Shown: positions 8,280 through 18,291 of the stretch, piece by piece | Layout of the letters: every line of letters begins with the position of its first letter | Position numbering within the stretch: position 1 is the first letter of the stretch | Assembly (NCBI RefSeq): GCF_000010065.1 | Contig: NC_006576.1 | Span: 1,320,001 to 1,352,000 of the forward strand | Direction: 5' to 3' | DNA length: 32,000 nucleotides | From: Synechococcus elongatus PCC 6301 | GTDB lineage: Bacteria; Cyanobacteriota; Cyanobacteriia; Synechococcales; Synechococcaceae | Notes under the pieces: generated by a model | What the model was told of the DNA's origin: nothing | What the model saw: the letters and a program-made list of their open reading frames with translations, nothing else | Databases searched by the model: none | Translations under genes and position numbers: made by a program

Positions 8280-9467
8280 CTAGACAGCCGCCACTTCGCT
8301 GTCGCTACGCATCGCCCGAATCAACTCGGCAGCCACCTCGGGCCGCGAGAATTCTGGCGGCGGTAACTCACCCTTGCGTAGCAGTTCACGGACTTTAGTC
8401 CCCGAGAGGTGAATACGCTCCTCAGGGCTGCTGGGGCTGGTTTTCGTCGAGGCCATCGCCTGCGTGCGGGTGCAGTAGAAGGCATGCTCAAACTTCATCG
8501 GCAGGATGCCGAGTTCTTCTGGTTTGAACTCATCGAAGAGGTGCTGAGCATCATAGGTACCGTAGTAGTTGCCGACACCCGCATGGTCACGACCCACAAT
8601 GAAGTGGGTACAGCCATAATTTTTGCGAATCAGGGCATGGAAGATCGCTTCTCGCGGCCCGGCATAGCGCATGGCGGAGGGGTTGATCGCCAGAATGACG
8701 CGGTCCTGCGGGAAGTAGTGCTCCAGCATGATTTCGTAGCAGCGCATCCGCACATCTGCCGGAATGTCGTCCGACTTGGTGGCACCGACCAAGGGATGCA
8801 GGAACAGGCCATCCACGGTTTCCAACGCACATTTGATGATGTACTCGTGGGCACGGTGAATGGGGTTGCGGGTTTGGAAACCCACCACTGTTTTCCAGCC
8901 GCGATCGGCAAACTGCTGGCGTGAGGCGATCGGGTCAATTTGGTAGCTGGGGAAAAGCGGATGAGCGTCCCGCTGCAGCAGCCAAATCGGGCCAGCAAGG
9001 TTGATCGGGCCTTGGGCGTAGACCACCGCCACCCCAGGATGCTGCTCTTCGTCAGTGCGGTAGACGTTGGTCGCTTCGTGGACTTTGTTGTAGCGATACT
9101 TTTGGGTCAGCTCTAGCACGCCCACAAAGCGGCCCTGGGCATCATCCAAGCGAACCCAGCCGCCCTCTTTAAGCGGCTCCGCTACTTCCTCAGTGACAGA
9201 GAGCGTGATCGGCACCGACCAAGGCAGACCATTCGCCAAGCGCATGTCGTCCACCACCGACTCGTAGTCGGTCTGGCCCATGAAGCCGTTGAGGGGGCTG
9301 AAGCCACCGATCGCAATCATCACGAGATCGGAGAGCGCCCGCTCATCCAACTGAACCCGTGGCAGGTGATCCGCCTGGGCTAAAAATTCTTGGCGCTCAG
9401 CGGCGGTGGCAATCCGCTGAATCAACTGCCCACCGTGGGGGGCAATTCCTGGCACGACTTGCGTCAC
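8280..9467 (-). CDS. sat: Sulfate adenylyltransferase (ATP sulfurylase)
   Basis: Motifs [12 protein letters not shown] and [12 protein letters not shown], with N-terminus ...[13 protein letters not shown] chose the GTG at 9467, which follows GGGAGAG. The ORF-track ATG at 9527 adds 20 non-conserved residues. Confidence 0.92.
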   Translation of the reverse strand: MTQVVPGIAPHGGQLIQRIATAAERQEFLAQADHLPRVQLDERALSDLVMIAIGGFSPLNGFMGQTDYESVVDDMRLANGLPWSVPITLSVTEEVAEPLKEGGWVRLDDAQGRFVGVLELTQKYRYNKVHEATNVYRTDEEQHPGVAVVYAQGPINLAGPIWLLQRDAHPLFPSYQIDPIASRQQFADRGWKTVVGFQTRNPIHRAHEYIIKCALETVDGLFLHPLVGATKSDDIPADVRMRCYEIMLEHYFPQDRVILAINPSAMRYAGPREAIFHALIRKNYGCTHFIVGRDHAGVGNYYGTYDAQHLFDEFKPEELGILPMKFEHAFYCTRTQAMASTKTSPSSPEERIHLSGTKVRELLRKGELPPPEFSRPEVAAELIRAMRSDSEVAAV

Positions 9468-9557
9468 AACATCTCTCCCAACTATCCATGCACCCAGACA
9501 TATCCGAGTTGAATGCCTGCAGTACAAGCTTTTGATCCTAGTCCGAAGCGGTCGCTA

Positions 9558-9590
9558 GACAAAAGGGCATCGAGCGATCGCCCAATGCCC
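9558..9590 (-). terminator. Rho-independent terminator of psbO
   Basis: On the minus strand the sequence reads GGGCAT-(loop containing a HIP1 site)-ATGCCC followed by TTTTGTC. It lies about 65 nt after the psbO stop. A second hairpin (CGCTGGT/ACCAGCG) lies closer to the stop. Confidence 0.7.
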
Positions 9591-9656
9591 CCAGTCGAGA
9601 TTTCAGTCTGAATTGACTTGTAACCGCTGGTGTAAACCAGCGACTACACTTGCGCC

Positions 9657-10490
9657 CTAGGCGTCAGCCGGTTCAATCCGGCCGTAGAACTGACCGACGA
9701 GTTTGACGTCGACGGCTTCTTTACCACCCATGTCCGTGTCGGATGGCTGGATCGCGGTGAACACGCCCGCCACTTCACCCGTAGCGCCATCAACTTTCGA
9801 GACAGCCAAGGAAATTTCCCCTTGACCAGTCACGAAACGCTTGACGTTTTCTTTCGTCAGGTCTTCTGCATCACCAGCCGAAGGAATTGCTACTGCGCTT
9901 TCGTAGCCCGTGGTCAGACCGCGCGCTTTGGGATCGAGGAAGTTCGAGGTGCGATAAGAAGGCACGCGATAGCCACCCCGCAGATCCGTCGAGGTGTTAA
10001 TGCTGGTTGCCGGCTCACTGGTGCTCGCCACCAAGCCCTTGACCGTGAACAGGAAGGGAACCTCTTCACCACCGGGGAGCAGAACCGTGATGGCTTGGAA
10101 ATCAATGCCACCTTTTTCGGTAAAGCTGACGGTGCCGTCTGCTTTCAGGGCCAAGTCACCGTAGACCTGATCCAAGCTCGAGGTGTAGCGGGTCAAGACT
10201 TTGCCCGGCACGAATTCTGCTTTCTGGCGCTTGTTGCCCGGCTCTTCTTTCACGAAGAACTCTTGCGGCTCTAGGCACAGATCAGTCAGAGCATATTTTT
10301 TACCCGCTTCCAAGGGGATGGTGCCCCGAGCGGATTCTTTCAGGGAGAGACACTTGTTGGCCAAGCCAGTGTCTTTGATTTGGTCGTAGGTGAGTGTGCC
10401 CAAATCTGCTGCCGTCGGGCCGCTGCTGCAGGCGGTCAGAACTCCGAGGCAGACTGCCAAAAACGCAGCCAGAAACGCGCGATACCGCAT
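9657..10490 (-). CDS. psbO: Photosystem II manganese-stabilising protein PsbO precursor
   Basis: A signal peptide MRYRAFLAAFLAVCLGVLTAC... is followed by the conserved mature N-terminus LTYDQIKDTGLANKC and PsbO beta-barrel sequence. I prefer the ATG at 10490 over the one at 10502. Confidence 0.95.
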   Translation of the reverse strand: MRYRAFLAAFLAVCLGVLTACSSGPTAADLGTLTYDQIKDTGLANKCLSLKESARGTIPLEAGKKYALTDLCLEPQEFFVKEEPGNKRQKAEFVPGKVLTRYTSSLDQVYGDLALKADGTVSFTEKGGIDFQAITVLLPGGEEVPFLFTVKGLVASTSEPATSINTSTDLRGGYRVPSYRTSNFLDPKARGLTTGYESAVAIPSAGDAEDLTKENVKRFVTGQGEISLAVSKVDGATGEVAGVFTAIQPSDTDMGGKEAVDVKLVGQFYGRIEPADA

Positions 10491-10788
10491 ATCAGTCCTC
10501 AACTGTCCGTATCAAACAACCCCGCCCTGCGCTCAGTTGCACCGACGGTTCGACCGTAGCAGCGGAGCCTCGGGGAATTTTCGCTTGCCATTGTCCACCA
10601 GCCTCAGCGATCGCCAAAACGACTCACTGATGCTCCAGAAACAGCTAGAGCGAATGGTATTGATATCCATCAATCAGCATCCAAGGATGCCTCTCAGAAT
10701 TCTACACGTCAGGGTCGCGACGCTTAAGGTTCTATCTAGACTTAGCGGCAGGGTCCGCTAAAATCGACCCAATTTGGAAGGTCTAGGC

Positions 10789-11127
10789 ATGAATTCGGGT
10801 CGTCGCTCCAATGCGCCAGAGACTGTCAGGATTGATCTCCTGCCGCTCAAACAACAGGTGCAGGAACTTACACAACAACTGGAAGGCGACGCCGAAGGGC
10901 TGCTGGGCTTACTGCGGCTACTTGAGTATCTCCACCGTGAGATCCAAGATGGCTCCTTTCGCAAGGCTTTACCGACCGATCGCCAAGCTCTCTATGGCCT
11001 GTTGCGCGACATGGAAACTGCGGGTGGTTGGCCCTATATTCCCCGTCTCCAAATCCGAACTTTTTTGGAGTTGCTAGAAGCCGATCAGCCTTCTCTGAAA
11101 TCTGAAAACTCAGACACAAAAGCTTAA
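10789..11127 (+). CDS. Conserved hypothetical protein (112 aa, helical, acidic)
   Basis: An ATG-initiated ORF whose codon usage looks like that of its neighbours. No motif I can name. Its stop overlaps the coaBC stop on the opposite strand (TTAA at 11124-11127). Confidence 0.6.
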   Translation: MNSGRRSNAPETVRIDLLPLKQQVQELTQQLEGDAEGLLGLLRLLEYLHREIQDGSFRKALPTDRQALYGLLRDMETAGGWPYIPRLQIRTFLELLEADQPSLKSENSDTKA

Positions 11128-12350
11128 AGATTTTTAACAAAATCTAAGATGGCATGAGCCAAGCTAAGTTTGCTGCGGAACCCCAAGGGCTGGGATGAGC
11201 CATCAGGACGCAGCGCGATCGCGGCATTAGTGGCACTGCCAAAGCCTTGACCGGGCTGATCGATCGCGTTGGCGATGATGGCGTCGAGTCCCTTGCGCTG
11301 CAATTTCGCGATCGCGGGTTCCAAAATCTCGCCAGTTTGGGCAGCAAACCCGATCAACTTCTGGTTTGGATACCGCTGCTGACTGAGCTGCGCCGCAATG
11401 TCGGGTAACAGTTGTAGTGGCAGTGAGGCTGGTAGTTCAGCCTTACTCAGCTTCTGGTGGGATCGCAGTTCCGGCCGGACATCGCCCACGGCTGCTGCGA
11501 GTAAAACCCAATCTGCAATCGGGGTTGCGGCAATCATCGCTTCAGCCAGTTCTTCGGTACTGACTACCGCTTGGCGATCGAGGCTCGTCAACAGCCCCGG
11601 CTCGATGTTGGTCAAAGGCGCGTGAATCAGCTGGACTTGAGCACCGCGATGTTGGGCCGCGATCGCTAGCATCACGCCCATCCGCCCGCTACTGGGATTG
11701 CCGATAAAGCGCACCGGATCGAGAAACTCGCGGGTGCCACCCGCATTGACCAGAATCTTCAGCCCTTGCAGATCGGCTTGTCCCTGGGTCCAGAGCAACG
11801 ATTCCAACCCTGCCAGAATCGCGATCGGTTCTGGCAAGCGACCACTGCCGACGCGATCGCAAGCTAAACGACCGCTCCCCGGTTCTAGGCCCAAGGTCTG
11901 AGGGCGCGATCGCAGAACCTGCCAGTTTTCTTGGACGATGGGCTGCAGCCACATATCCGTATTCATGGCGGGGGCGAGCAAGAGTGGGGCAGTCGTCGCG
12001 AGGACTGTATTGGTCAGTAGATTATCGGCCTGCCCATAGCGCAACTTCGCGAGGGTATTGGCAGTCAGCGGGGCGATCAGCATCACTTCCGCCCATTCCC
12101 CCAACTCGATATGGAGCGGACGACCATGACGAGCTGACCAAAAATCAGCGTCCGTATAGGCGGGATGGCGACAGAGAGTACTGAAACTGAAGGGAGCAAT
12201 AAACCGCTCCGCCCCCGCTGTCAGAATGACGCGCACCTCTGCACCGGCCTGCACCAACTGGGAGACCACTTCGCAGAGTTTATAGACCGCAATGCCGCCG
12301 CAGACACCAATCAGAATCCGACGACCGGCAAAAGAGGCGATCGCAGTCAC
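11124..12350 (-). CDS. coaBC: Bifunctional phosphopantothenoylcysteine decarboxylase / phosphopantothenate-cysteine ligase
   Basis: N-terminal flavoprotein domain (ILIGVCGGIAVYK) and a C-terminal CoaB domain with FIGNPSSGRMG. The 408-aa length is typical of Dfp/CoaBC. Confidence 0.92.
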   Translation of the reverse strand: MTAIASFAGRRILIGVCGGIAVYKLCEVVSQLVQAGAEVRVILTAGAERFIAPFSFSTLCRHPAYTDADFWSARHGRPLHIELGEWAEVMLIAPLTANTLAKLRYGQADNLLTNTVLATTAPLLLAPAMNTDMWLQPIVQENWQVLRSRPQTLGLEPGSGRLACDRVGSGRLPEPIAILAGLESLLWTQGQADLQGLKILVNAGGTREFLDPVRFIGNPSSGRMGVMLAIAAQHRGAQVQLIHAPLTNIEPGLLTSLDRQAVVSTEELAEAMIAATPIADWVLLAAAVGDVRPELRSHQKLSKAELPASLPLQLLPDIAAQLSQQRYPNQKLIGFAAQTGEILEPAIAKLQRKGLDAIIANAIDQPGQGFGSATNAAIALRPDGSSQPLGFRSKLSLAHAILDFVKNL

Positions 12351-12353
12351 CGC

Positions 12354-12572
12354 TTAGGCCTCGTCAAATGCCTCAAGGTCGAGCAAATGGATGTAGTCAT
12401 CGACTAATTCGGGGCGTTGAAAGGCGATCGCCCGCAGTAAATGCCAGTCTTGGAGTCCTTCGAACGGTGAGCGGTAATCATCCGCTTCAAGCCGTGCTGC
12501 TAGGGCCGCTACCTCCGTCGGGGTCAGTTGCTCAATCTGTTCAGGCGAGAAGGATTGCACAGAACCTGTCAT
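12354..12572 (-). CDS. Small conserved hypothetical protein (72 aa), translationally adjacent to coaBC
   Basis: The ATG at 12572 is preceded by GGAG at about 8 nt. The stop lies 3 nt before the coaBC ATG. The protein is acidic and helical (…DWHLLRAIAFQRPELVDDYIHLLDLEAFDEA). I do not recognise a family with confidence. Confidence 0.6.
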   Translation of the reverse strand: MTGSVQSFSPEQIEQLTPTEVAALAARLEADDYRSPFEGLQDWHLLRAIAFQRPELVDDYIHLLDLEAFDEA

Positions 12573-12630
12573 GGCACCGCTCCGCAAGGGCTATCTCCAG
12601 TGTCCCACAGGGCGATCGAGCCGGGACCAG

Positions 12631-12639
12631 TGTTATGAT
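12631..12639 (+). promoter_or_regulatory. Candidate extended -10 promoter (TGTTATGAT) for tRNA-Ala
   Basis: A TGn + TATGAT element ends 12 nt before the first tRNA nucleotide. No good -35 is present, which is consistent with an extended -10 promoter. Confidence 0.35.
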
Positions 12640-12651
12640 TCATTCCGAATC

Positions 12652-12724
12652 GGGGCTATAGCTCAGTTGGTAGAGCGTACGGATCGCACCCGTAAGGCCA
12701 GGGGTTCGAATCCCCTTAGCTCCA
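12652..12724 (+). tRNA. tRNA-Ala, anticodon CGC
   Basis: A 73-nt cloverleaf folded by eye. Acceptor stem GGGGCUA/UAGCUCC has G3:U70, the Ala identity pair. D arm GCUC-AGUUGGUA-GAGC; anticodon arm UACGG-AUCGCAC-CCGUA; variable loop AGGCC; T arm AGGGG-UUCGAAU-CCCCU; discriminator A. The 3' CCA is not encoded. Confidence 0.93.
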
Positions 12725-12744
12725 TAAAATGATCTCTTAAGTTT

Positions 12745-13881
12745 TCAAGAATCGATCGCTGCTGAGCCAACTGCTGCCGCCAAATTTGGAAGTCCAGCAG
12801 AGTCTAATCGCTCCAGCAACCCTTGCTGAATCGTCTTAACGAGCAGCGGCCCTTCATAGACCCAGCCCGTGTAAACCTGCACGAGACTTGCCCCAGCTAC
12901 AATCTTCTGCCACGCGTCTTCTGCACTGAAAATGCCGCCGACACCAATGATCGGCAACTGTCCTTGGGTGGTGCGATGGAGCAGACGAATCACCTCGGTC
13001 GAACGCGATCGCAGGGGAGCACCGCTAATGCCGCCCGCTTCTGTTGCCAGCGGTTCTCGCCGTCCGGGTAGATGCTCGACAGACAACAGGCTCTTATCGA
13101 TCGTGGTGTTGGTCGCAATAATGCCCGCCAACTGCTGTCGCTGAGCGAGATGAGCGATCGCGACAACCTCTTCGTCTACCAAGTCCGGTGCAATTTTGAG
13201 CAGCAGCGGTCGCTGTTCCGTATTCTCCGCCTGAAGTGCCGCCAGAATCGGCTCTAATTCTGTCACCGCTTGCAGCGATCGCAGTCCTGGTGTGTTCGGC
13301 GAGGAAACATTGACCACAAAGTAATCCCCAAGCGATCGCAGCGATCGAAAGCTACTGACGTAGTCCGAAACTGCTCCACTCAATGGCGTTAGCTTCGACT
13401 TGCCAAGGTTGATCCCGATCGGGATCGATCGCTGCCCCTCGGGGAAGTAGCCACGCAGGGTGTCTGCCAAGGCTTCTGCACTGGCATTGTTGAAACCCAT
13501 GCGGTTGAAAGCCGCCAAATCCTGGGGAATGCGGAACAGGCGAGGCCGCGGATTTCCCGGTTGTGCCAAGGCCGTGACTGTCCCCAGTTCGGCAAAGCCA
13601 AACCCCAGATCCGACCAAAGCGGTGCAGCAATACCATCCTTATCAAAGCCTGCCGCCAAGCCGACGGGCGTCGCGAACGTGAGCCCCCAGAGGGACATGG
13701 CTAGACGCGGATCCTGGAAGCCATAGGTTTGGCGGAGATAGCTGCGCAGGTTAGCAGCCAAAGGCGATCGCGATCGCGCCAATGTCGCCAGAAACCCCAG
13801 CGCATTGCGCGTCAGCCACTCAGGGTCAACATTCAGTTGCGACAGCAAGAGCGGCCGCAGCAGCGGGCGATAGAAATCCAC
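12745..13881 (-). CDS. pyrD: Dihydroorotate dehydrogenase (quinone), class 2
   Basis: Motifs GFDKDG, GFNN, VVNVSSPNTPGLRSLQ and IIGVGGI, plus the N-terminal extension typical of class 2 enzymes. Confidence 0.92.
   Translation of the reverse strand: MDFYRPLLRPLLLSQLNVDPEWLTRNALGFLATLARSRSPLAANLRSYLRQTYGFQDPRLAMSLWGLTFATPVGLAAGFDKDGIAAPLWSDLGFGFAELGTVTALAQPGNPRPRLFRIPQDLAAFNRMGFNNASAEALADTLRGYFPEGQRSIPIGINLGKSKLTPLSGAVSDYVSSFRSLRSLGDYFVVNVSSPNTPGLRSLQAVTELEPILAALQAENTEQRPLLLKIAPDLVDEEVVAIAHLAQRQQLAGIIATNTTIDKSLLSVEHLPGRREPLATEAGGISGAPLRSRSTEVIRLLHRTTQGQLPIIGVGGIFSAEDAWQKIVAGASLVQVYTGWVYEGPLLVKTIQQGLLERLDSAGLPNLAAAVGSAAIDS
13764..13777. repeat. HIP1 octamer GCGATCGC, here as an overlapping doublet (representative of many copies in the window)
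   Basis: GCGATCGCGATCGC is read directly at 13764-13777. Single copies recur every few hundred bp, for example at 220-227. None occurs between about 30369 and 31651. Confidence 0.9.
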
Positions 13882-13889
13882 CGGCGGAC

Positions 13890-16736
13890 CTAAACCACCT
13901 CAGCTTGTGGACGGGCTTGAGGCTGCGGATCGAACATGAACATCGAGTAGATCACGTTGCGGCGAATCGCCGTCATCATCTCGAGGAACAGCTCGTAGCC
14001 CTCACTCTTATACTCCAGCAGTGGATCTTTTTGCCCATAGCCCCGCAGACCGACGGATTCGCGCAAGGCTTCCATCGCCTGCAAATGCTCACGCCAGAGC
14101 GTGTCGATCTGCTGAAGGATGAAGTAGCGTTCGGCCTGCCGCATCAAGCCTGGCTGGATTTGATCGATCTGGGCTTCTTTGAGGTCGTAGGCAATCCGCA
14201 ATTGCTCGTGCAGGAAGATCTTGATCGCCTCAGGAGACAGGTCTTCCAGTTGCTTGGCCTCTAGGTCTTCAAGCAGATAGACGAACTGCTTGACCTTATT
14301 GACCAGCTTTTCCAGATCCCACTCTTCCGACGGCAAATCCACATTGATGTGGGCATCGACGATTTCATCCATCGTCCGTTCGCCGTACTGAATCACTTGT
14401 TCTTTTAGCTCTCGTCCTTCGAGAACACGGCGGCGTTCTGCATAGATGGCACGACGCTGGTTGTTCATCACCTCGTCGTACTCAAACACCTGCTTGCGGA
14501 TGTCGTAGTAGTAGGTCTCGACCTTCTTCTGAGCACCCTCGAGCGATCGCGTCAGCATGCCCGACTCGATCGGCATATCTTCTTCGACGCGGAAGGCATT
14601 CATCAGTTTGGCCACGCGATCGCCACCAAAAATCCGCAGCAGGTTATCTTCCAAGCTCAGGAAGAAACGCGTGGATCCTGGGTCCCCTTGCCGACCGGCA
14701 CGACCGCGCAACTGGTTATCCACTCGGCGTGACTCGTGGCGTTCCGTACCAATCACATGCAGGCCGCCCAGTTCAACGACCTCGGCTTGCTCCTGCTTCG
14801 TGACTGCTTCGTATTCTTTGCGGACTTGCTGGTAGGCTTCCCGCAGTTTTTGAATCACCGGATCATCCGTCGGCGCCTTCTCAGCCGCCGTAGCGATCTT
14901 GTCTTCCGCTACCAGCTCCGAGAGGCTGTTACCGCCGTAGGTTTTCACCCCGAGGTCTACCGCTGCTTTCAGCAGCTTTTCGGCCTCAGTACTCAGTTCT
15001 GCTGGGAAAATATCCGACGACGCTTTCCAAGTCTTGCGTGGCTTCTGGCCGTTGGGCGACCCAAAACCTTGCGCTGCCGGGCGACCGCCCTCTAAACCAG
15101 CAACCCCAGCAATGCCAAAGCCATCCTCTTCGAAGCTGACCAGTTGCGGCATCCAATACTCGCGCAGCTTCAGCCGCGCCATGTAGTCCGCATTACCGCC
15201 CAAGATGATGTCGGTCCCGCGACCTGCCATGTTGGTCGAAATCGTGACGGCACCCCGACGGCCTGCCTGTGCAACGATTTCCGCCTCGCGTTCTACGTTT
15301 TCGGGTTTGGCGTTGAGCAGGTTGTGGGGGATGCCCTGCTCATTCAGCAGTTGTGACAGGAACTCCGACTTCTCAACACTGGTAGTACCGACCAGAACAG
15401 GACGACCTTCCGCGTGCAGTTCAGCACAGTCCGCTGCGATCGCACGCCACTTGCCGATCTCAGTTTTGTAGACGACATCAGGCTGATCCCGACGACGGCT
15501 GACTCGGTTGGTCGGAACAACGGTTACTTCTAGCTTGTAAGTCTTCTCAAACTCCAACTCTTCTGTCTTCGCCGTACCGGTCATGCCCGACAGTTTGGGG
15601 TAGAGCAGGAAGAAGTTTTGGTAAGTAATCGAAGCAAGGGTTTGGGTTTCGGGTTGAATCTCGACGCCTTCCTTCGACTCCACGGCCTGATGCAGACCAT
15701 CACTCCAGCGACGCCCAGGCATCACGCGCCCTGTGAACTCATCGACGATGACAATCTCGCCACCGCGCACGATGTAGTTCACATCTTTAATGAACAGCTC
15801 CTTGGCCTTAATCGCATTAAAGATGTAGTGAGCCCAAGGGTCATTGGAGTCAAACAGATCGCTGACACCTAACAATTGCTCAGCGTTGATAAAGCCTTGA
15901 TCCGTCAGCAGGACATTACGGCCTTTTTCGTCAACTTCGTAATCGCCATCCGGCTCTTCTTCACTGTCCGTATTCGTCGATCGCTGCAAGAGCGCCGCGA
16001 CTTCCGATGCCCGCATGTATTTTTCGCTCGGGCGATCGACCTGACCGGAAATGATCAAGGGTGTCCGGGCTTCGTCGATCAGAATCGAGTCCACCTCGTC
16101 GATCACGGCGTAGTTGAAGGGACGCTGGACTACCTCTTCAATCACTGCGGCCATGTTGTCGCGCAGGTAATCAAAGCCCAGTTCGCTGTTGGTAGCGTAG
16201 GTAATGTCGCAGTTGTAGTTGCGGCGACGCTCTTCCGGCGACATTCCCTGCTGGATTAGGCCAACACTCAAGCCTAGGAAGCGGTGGACTTGTCCCATCC
16301 ATTCCGCGTCGCGGCGAGCCAAGTAGTCGTTGACGGTGACGACGTGCGCACCTTTACCCGACAGTGCATTGAGATAGGACGGCAGCGTAGCGACGAGGGT
16401 TTTCCCTTCACCCGTCTTCATCTCGGCAATCTGACCGTCGTGCAGAATCATGCCGCCGATCATCTGCACATCAAAGTGGCGCAGCCCCAGCACTCGTTTA
16501 CTGGCTTCGCGCATGACCGCAAAGGCTTCGGGCAGCAACTCCGCCAGCAATTCCTTCTCTGCAGCTGGCGAGTGGGAAACCTTGTCGAGCTTCTGGCGAA
16601 ACTCAGCCGTTTTGGCAATTAAATCCTTGTCGGACAGTGGCTCAATGTCCTCTTCCAACAGATTGATTTCAGTGACGAGGGGTTTGTACTTTTTGACTTT
16701 GCGGACGTTGGGATCGCCCAGCAGCAAATTCAGCAT
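13890..16736 (-). CDS. secA: Preprotein translocase ATPase SecA
   Basis: N-terminus [17 protein letters not shown], Walker [29 protein letters not shown], and [11 protein letters not shown] prefer the ATG at 16736 over the one at 16784. The stop lies 8 nt before the pyrD start. Confidence 0.96.
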   Translation of the reverse strand: MLNLLLGDPNVRKVKKYKPLVTEINLLEEDIEPLSDKDLIAKTAEFRQKLDKVSHSPAAEKELLAELLPEAFAVMREASKRVLGLRHFDVQMIGGMILHDGQIAEMKTGEGKTLVATLPSYLNALSGKGAHVVTVNDYLARRDAEWMGQVHRFLGLSVGLIQQGMSPEERRRNYNCDITYATNSELGFDYLRDNMAAVIEEVVQRPFNYAVIDEVDSILIDEARTPLIISGQVDRPSEKYMRASEVAALLQRSTNTDSEEEPDGDYEVDEKGRNVLLTDQGFINAEQLLGVSDLFDSNDPWAHYIFNAIKAKELFIKDVNYIVRGGEIVIVDEFTGRVMPGRRWSDGLHQAVESKEGVEIQPETQTLASITYQNFFLLYPKLSGMTGTAKTEELEFEKTYKLEVTVVPTNRVSRRRDQPDVVYKTEIGKWRAIAADCAELHAEGRPVLVGTTSVEKSEFLSQLLNEQGIPHNLLNAKPENVEREAEIVAQAGRRGAVTISTNMAGRGTDIILGGNADYMARLKLREYWMPQLVSFEEDGFGIAGVAGLEGGRPAAQGFGSPNGQKPRKTWKASSDIFPAELSTEAEKLLKAAVDLGVKTYGGNSLSELVAEDKIATAAEKAPTDDPVIQKLREAYQQVRKEYEAVTKQEQAEVVELGGLHVIGTERHESRRVDNQLRGRAGRQGDPGSTRFFLSLEDNLLRIFGGDRVAKLMNAFRVEEDMPIESGMLTRSLEGAQKKVETYYYDIRKQVFEYDEVMNNQRRAIYAERRRVLEGRELKEQVIQYGERTMDEIVDAHINVDLPSEEWDLEKLVNKVKQFVYLLEDLEAKQLEDLSPEAIKIFLHEQLRIAYDLKEAQIDQIQPGLMRQAERYFILQQIDTLWREHLQAMEALRESVGLRGYGQKDPLLEYKSEGYELFLEMMTAIRRNVIYSMFMFDPQPQARPQAEVV

Positions 16737-16921
16737 AGTGGCAGCGGTTAGGCGAAAAACAGGCGAGAACCCGCGCCGGAGCAAGTCTCTCGCTTATCCT
16801 ATCATCGCGATTGAAGTGCTTGGAGACTCGTCAGACGACCGCTCGGCATTCCAGCCGGAGTGATATTCTGCCTCTGGATTCGTCCTGTCCGCAGTGTTTT
16901 GTTCGGAGGCTTTGCTGTCGC

Positions 16922-18280
16922 ATGGTTGCTGTTGCCATTTTGGCTGCGGGCAAAGGAACCCGGATGAAATCGCAGCTACCGAAGGTATTGCACCGGCTCG
17001 GTAGTCAAACCTTGCTCGATCGCGTACTGGCAAGCCTCACCCCTCTCAACGTCGATCGCTGCTTCGTGATCGTCGGCTATCAGGGCGATCGCGTGCGGGA
17101 ATCATGGGCGCACCGGACTGACATTGAATTTGTCGAACAGACCCAGCAACTGGGAACCGGTCATGCGGTCCAGCAACTCTTGCCGCACCTCAAGGGTTAC
17201 CAAGGCGATCTGCTGGTGCTGAATGGTGATGTGCCGCTGCTGCGGGGCGAAACCCTCGAGGCCTTAGTCTCAGGGCATCAACGCAGTGGGGCTGCAGCAA
17301 CTCTTCTAACAGCGCAACTCAATCAACCTAAAGGCTATGGCCGTGTCTTTTGCGATGCCACCAGCCGGGTTTGCGAAATTATTGAAGATCGCGACTGCAC
17401 TCCAGCTCAGCGCCAAAATCCCCGCGTCAATGCCGGCGTCTACTGCTTCCGCTGGCCAGATCTGGAAGCTGTGCTGCCAAATCTGAGCACCGCTAACGAC
17501 CAGCAAGAGTATTACCTAACGGAAGCAATCACCTATCTTGATCCGGTTTCTGCTGTTGAAGTCGCGGATAGTCAGGAGATTTTAGGCATCAACGATCGCC
17601 TACAGCTAGCCGACTCCTTCCGTATCTTGCAGGAGCGAATTCGCCAGCAATGGATGTTGGCGGGCGTAACGCTCGTCGATCCAACCAGCATCACGATCGA
17701 CGAAACCGTCCAACTTGGCACGGATGTAGTGATTGAGCCCCAGACCCATCTGCGTGGCAACACAGTGATTGGCAACAATTGCTCGATCGGCCCCAATAGT
17801 CTGATTACGAATAGTCAGATTGGCGACGGTGTCACGGTTCAGATGTCGGTGATTAGCGACAGCACGATCGCAGCCAACAGCAAAATTGGCCCCTTCGCTC
17901 ACCTGCGCGGAGCCGCCGCGATCGGGGAAGCCTGCCGGATTGGCAACTTTGTCGAAGTCAAGAAATCCACGGTTGGCGATCGCACCAATGTTGCGCACCT
18001 GTCCTACTTAGGGGATGCCACCTTAGGACAACGAGTCAACGTCGGTGCGGGCACAATTACAGCCAACTATGACGGCGTTAGCAAGCATCCAACGGTGATC
18101 GGCGATCGCAGTAAAACAGGGGCGAATAGCGTCTTGGTTGCCCCCGTCACGATCGGCCAAGATGTCACGATTGCTGCTGGTTCAACCATCAATAAAGATG
18201 TGCCCGATGGCGCGTTAGCGATCGCCCGTAGTCGTCAAACCATTCATGAGAATTGGTCGACTCCTACAACAGAGCAGTGA
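16922..18280 (+). CDS. glmU: Bifunctional GlcNAc-1-P uridyltransferase / GlcN-1-P acetyltransferase
   Basis: N-terminus [18 protein letters not shown]-terminal left-handed beta-helix hexapeptide repeats, and ANYDG. I prefer the ATG at 16922 over the ORF-track start at 16811. Confidence 0.94.
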   Translation: MVAVAILAAGKGTRMKSQLPKVLHRLGSQTLLDRVLASLTPLNVDRCFVIVGYQGDRVRESWAHRTDIEFVEQTQQLGTGHAVQQLLPHLKGYQGDLLVLNGDVPLLRGETLEALVSGHQRSGAAATLLTAQLNQPKGYGRVFCDATSRVCEIIEDRDCTPAQRQNPRVNAGVYCFRWPDLEAVLPNLSTANDQQEYYLTEAITYLDPVSAVEVADSQEILGINDRLQLADSFRILQERIRQQWMLAGVTLVDPTSITIDETVQLGTDVVIEPQTHLRGNTVIGNNCSIGPNSLITNSQIGDGVTVQMSVISDSTIAANSKIGPFAHLRGAAAIGEACRIGNFVEVKKSTVGDRTNVAHLSYLGDATLGQRVNVGAGTITANYDGVSKHPTVIGDRSKTGANSVLVAPVTIGQDVTIAAGSTINKDVPDGALAIARSRQTIHENWSTPTTEQ

Positions 18281-18291
18281 TCGATTCACAA

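Noticed and set aside
10650-10675. An NtcA-like GTA-N8-TAC site in the psbO/112-aa spacer (GTATTGATATCCAT)
   Set aside because: Only one half-site matches (GTA…CAT rather than GTA…TAC). It is better described as part of the TTGAT/ATCAA palindrome.
13782-16863. Multiple plus-strand ORFs (e.g. 13782-14264, 14736-15095, 15876-16259, 16284-16622, 16450-16863) antisense to secA/pyrD
   Set aside because: All are embedded in secA or the pyrD 5' end, have no recognisable domains, and overlap each other in different frames. I treat them as antisense artefacts. The same reasoning applies to 1842-2444 (mreB), 8409-8998 (sat), 9822-10274 (psbO), 23972-24430 (cinA) and 28220-28726 (ligA).
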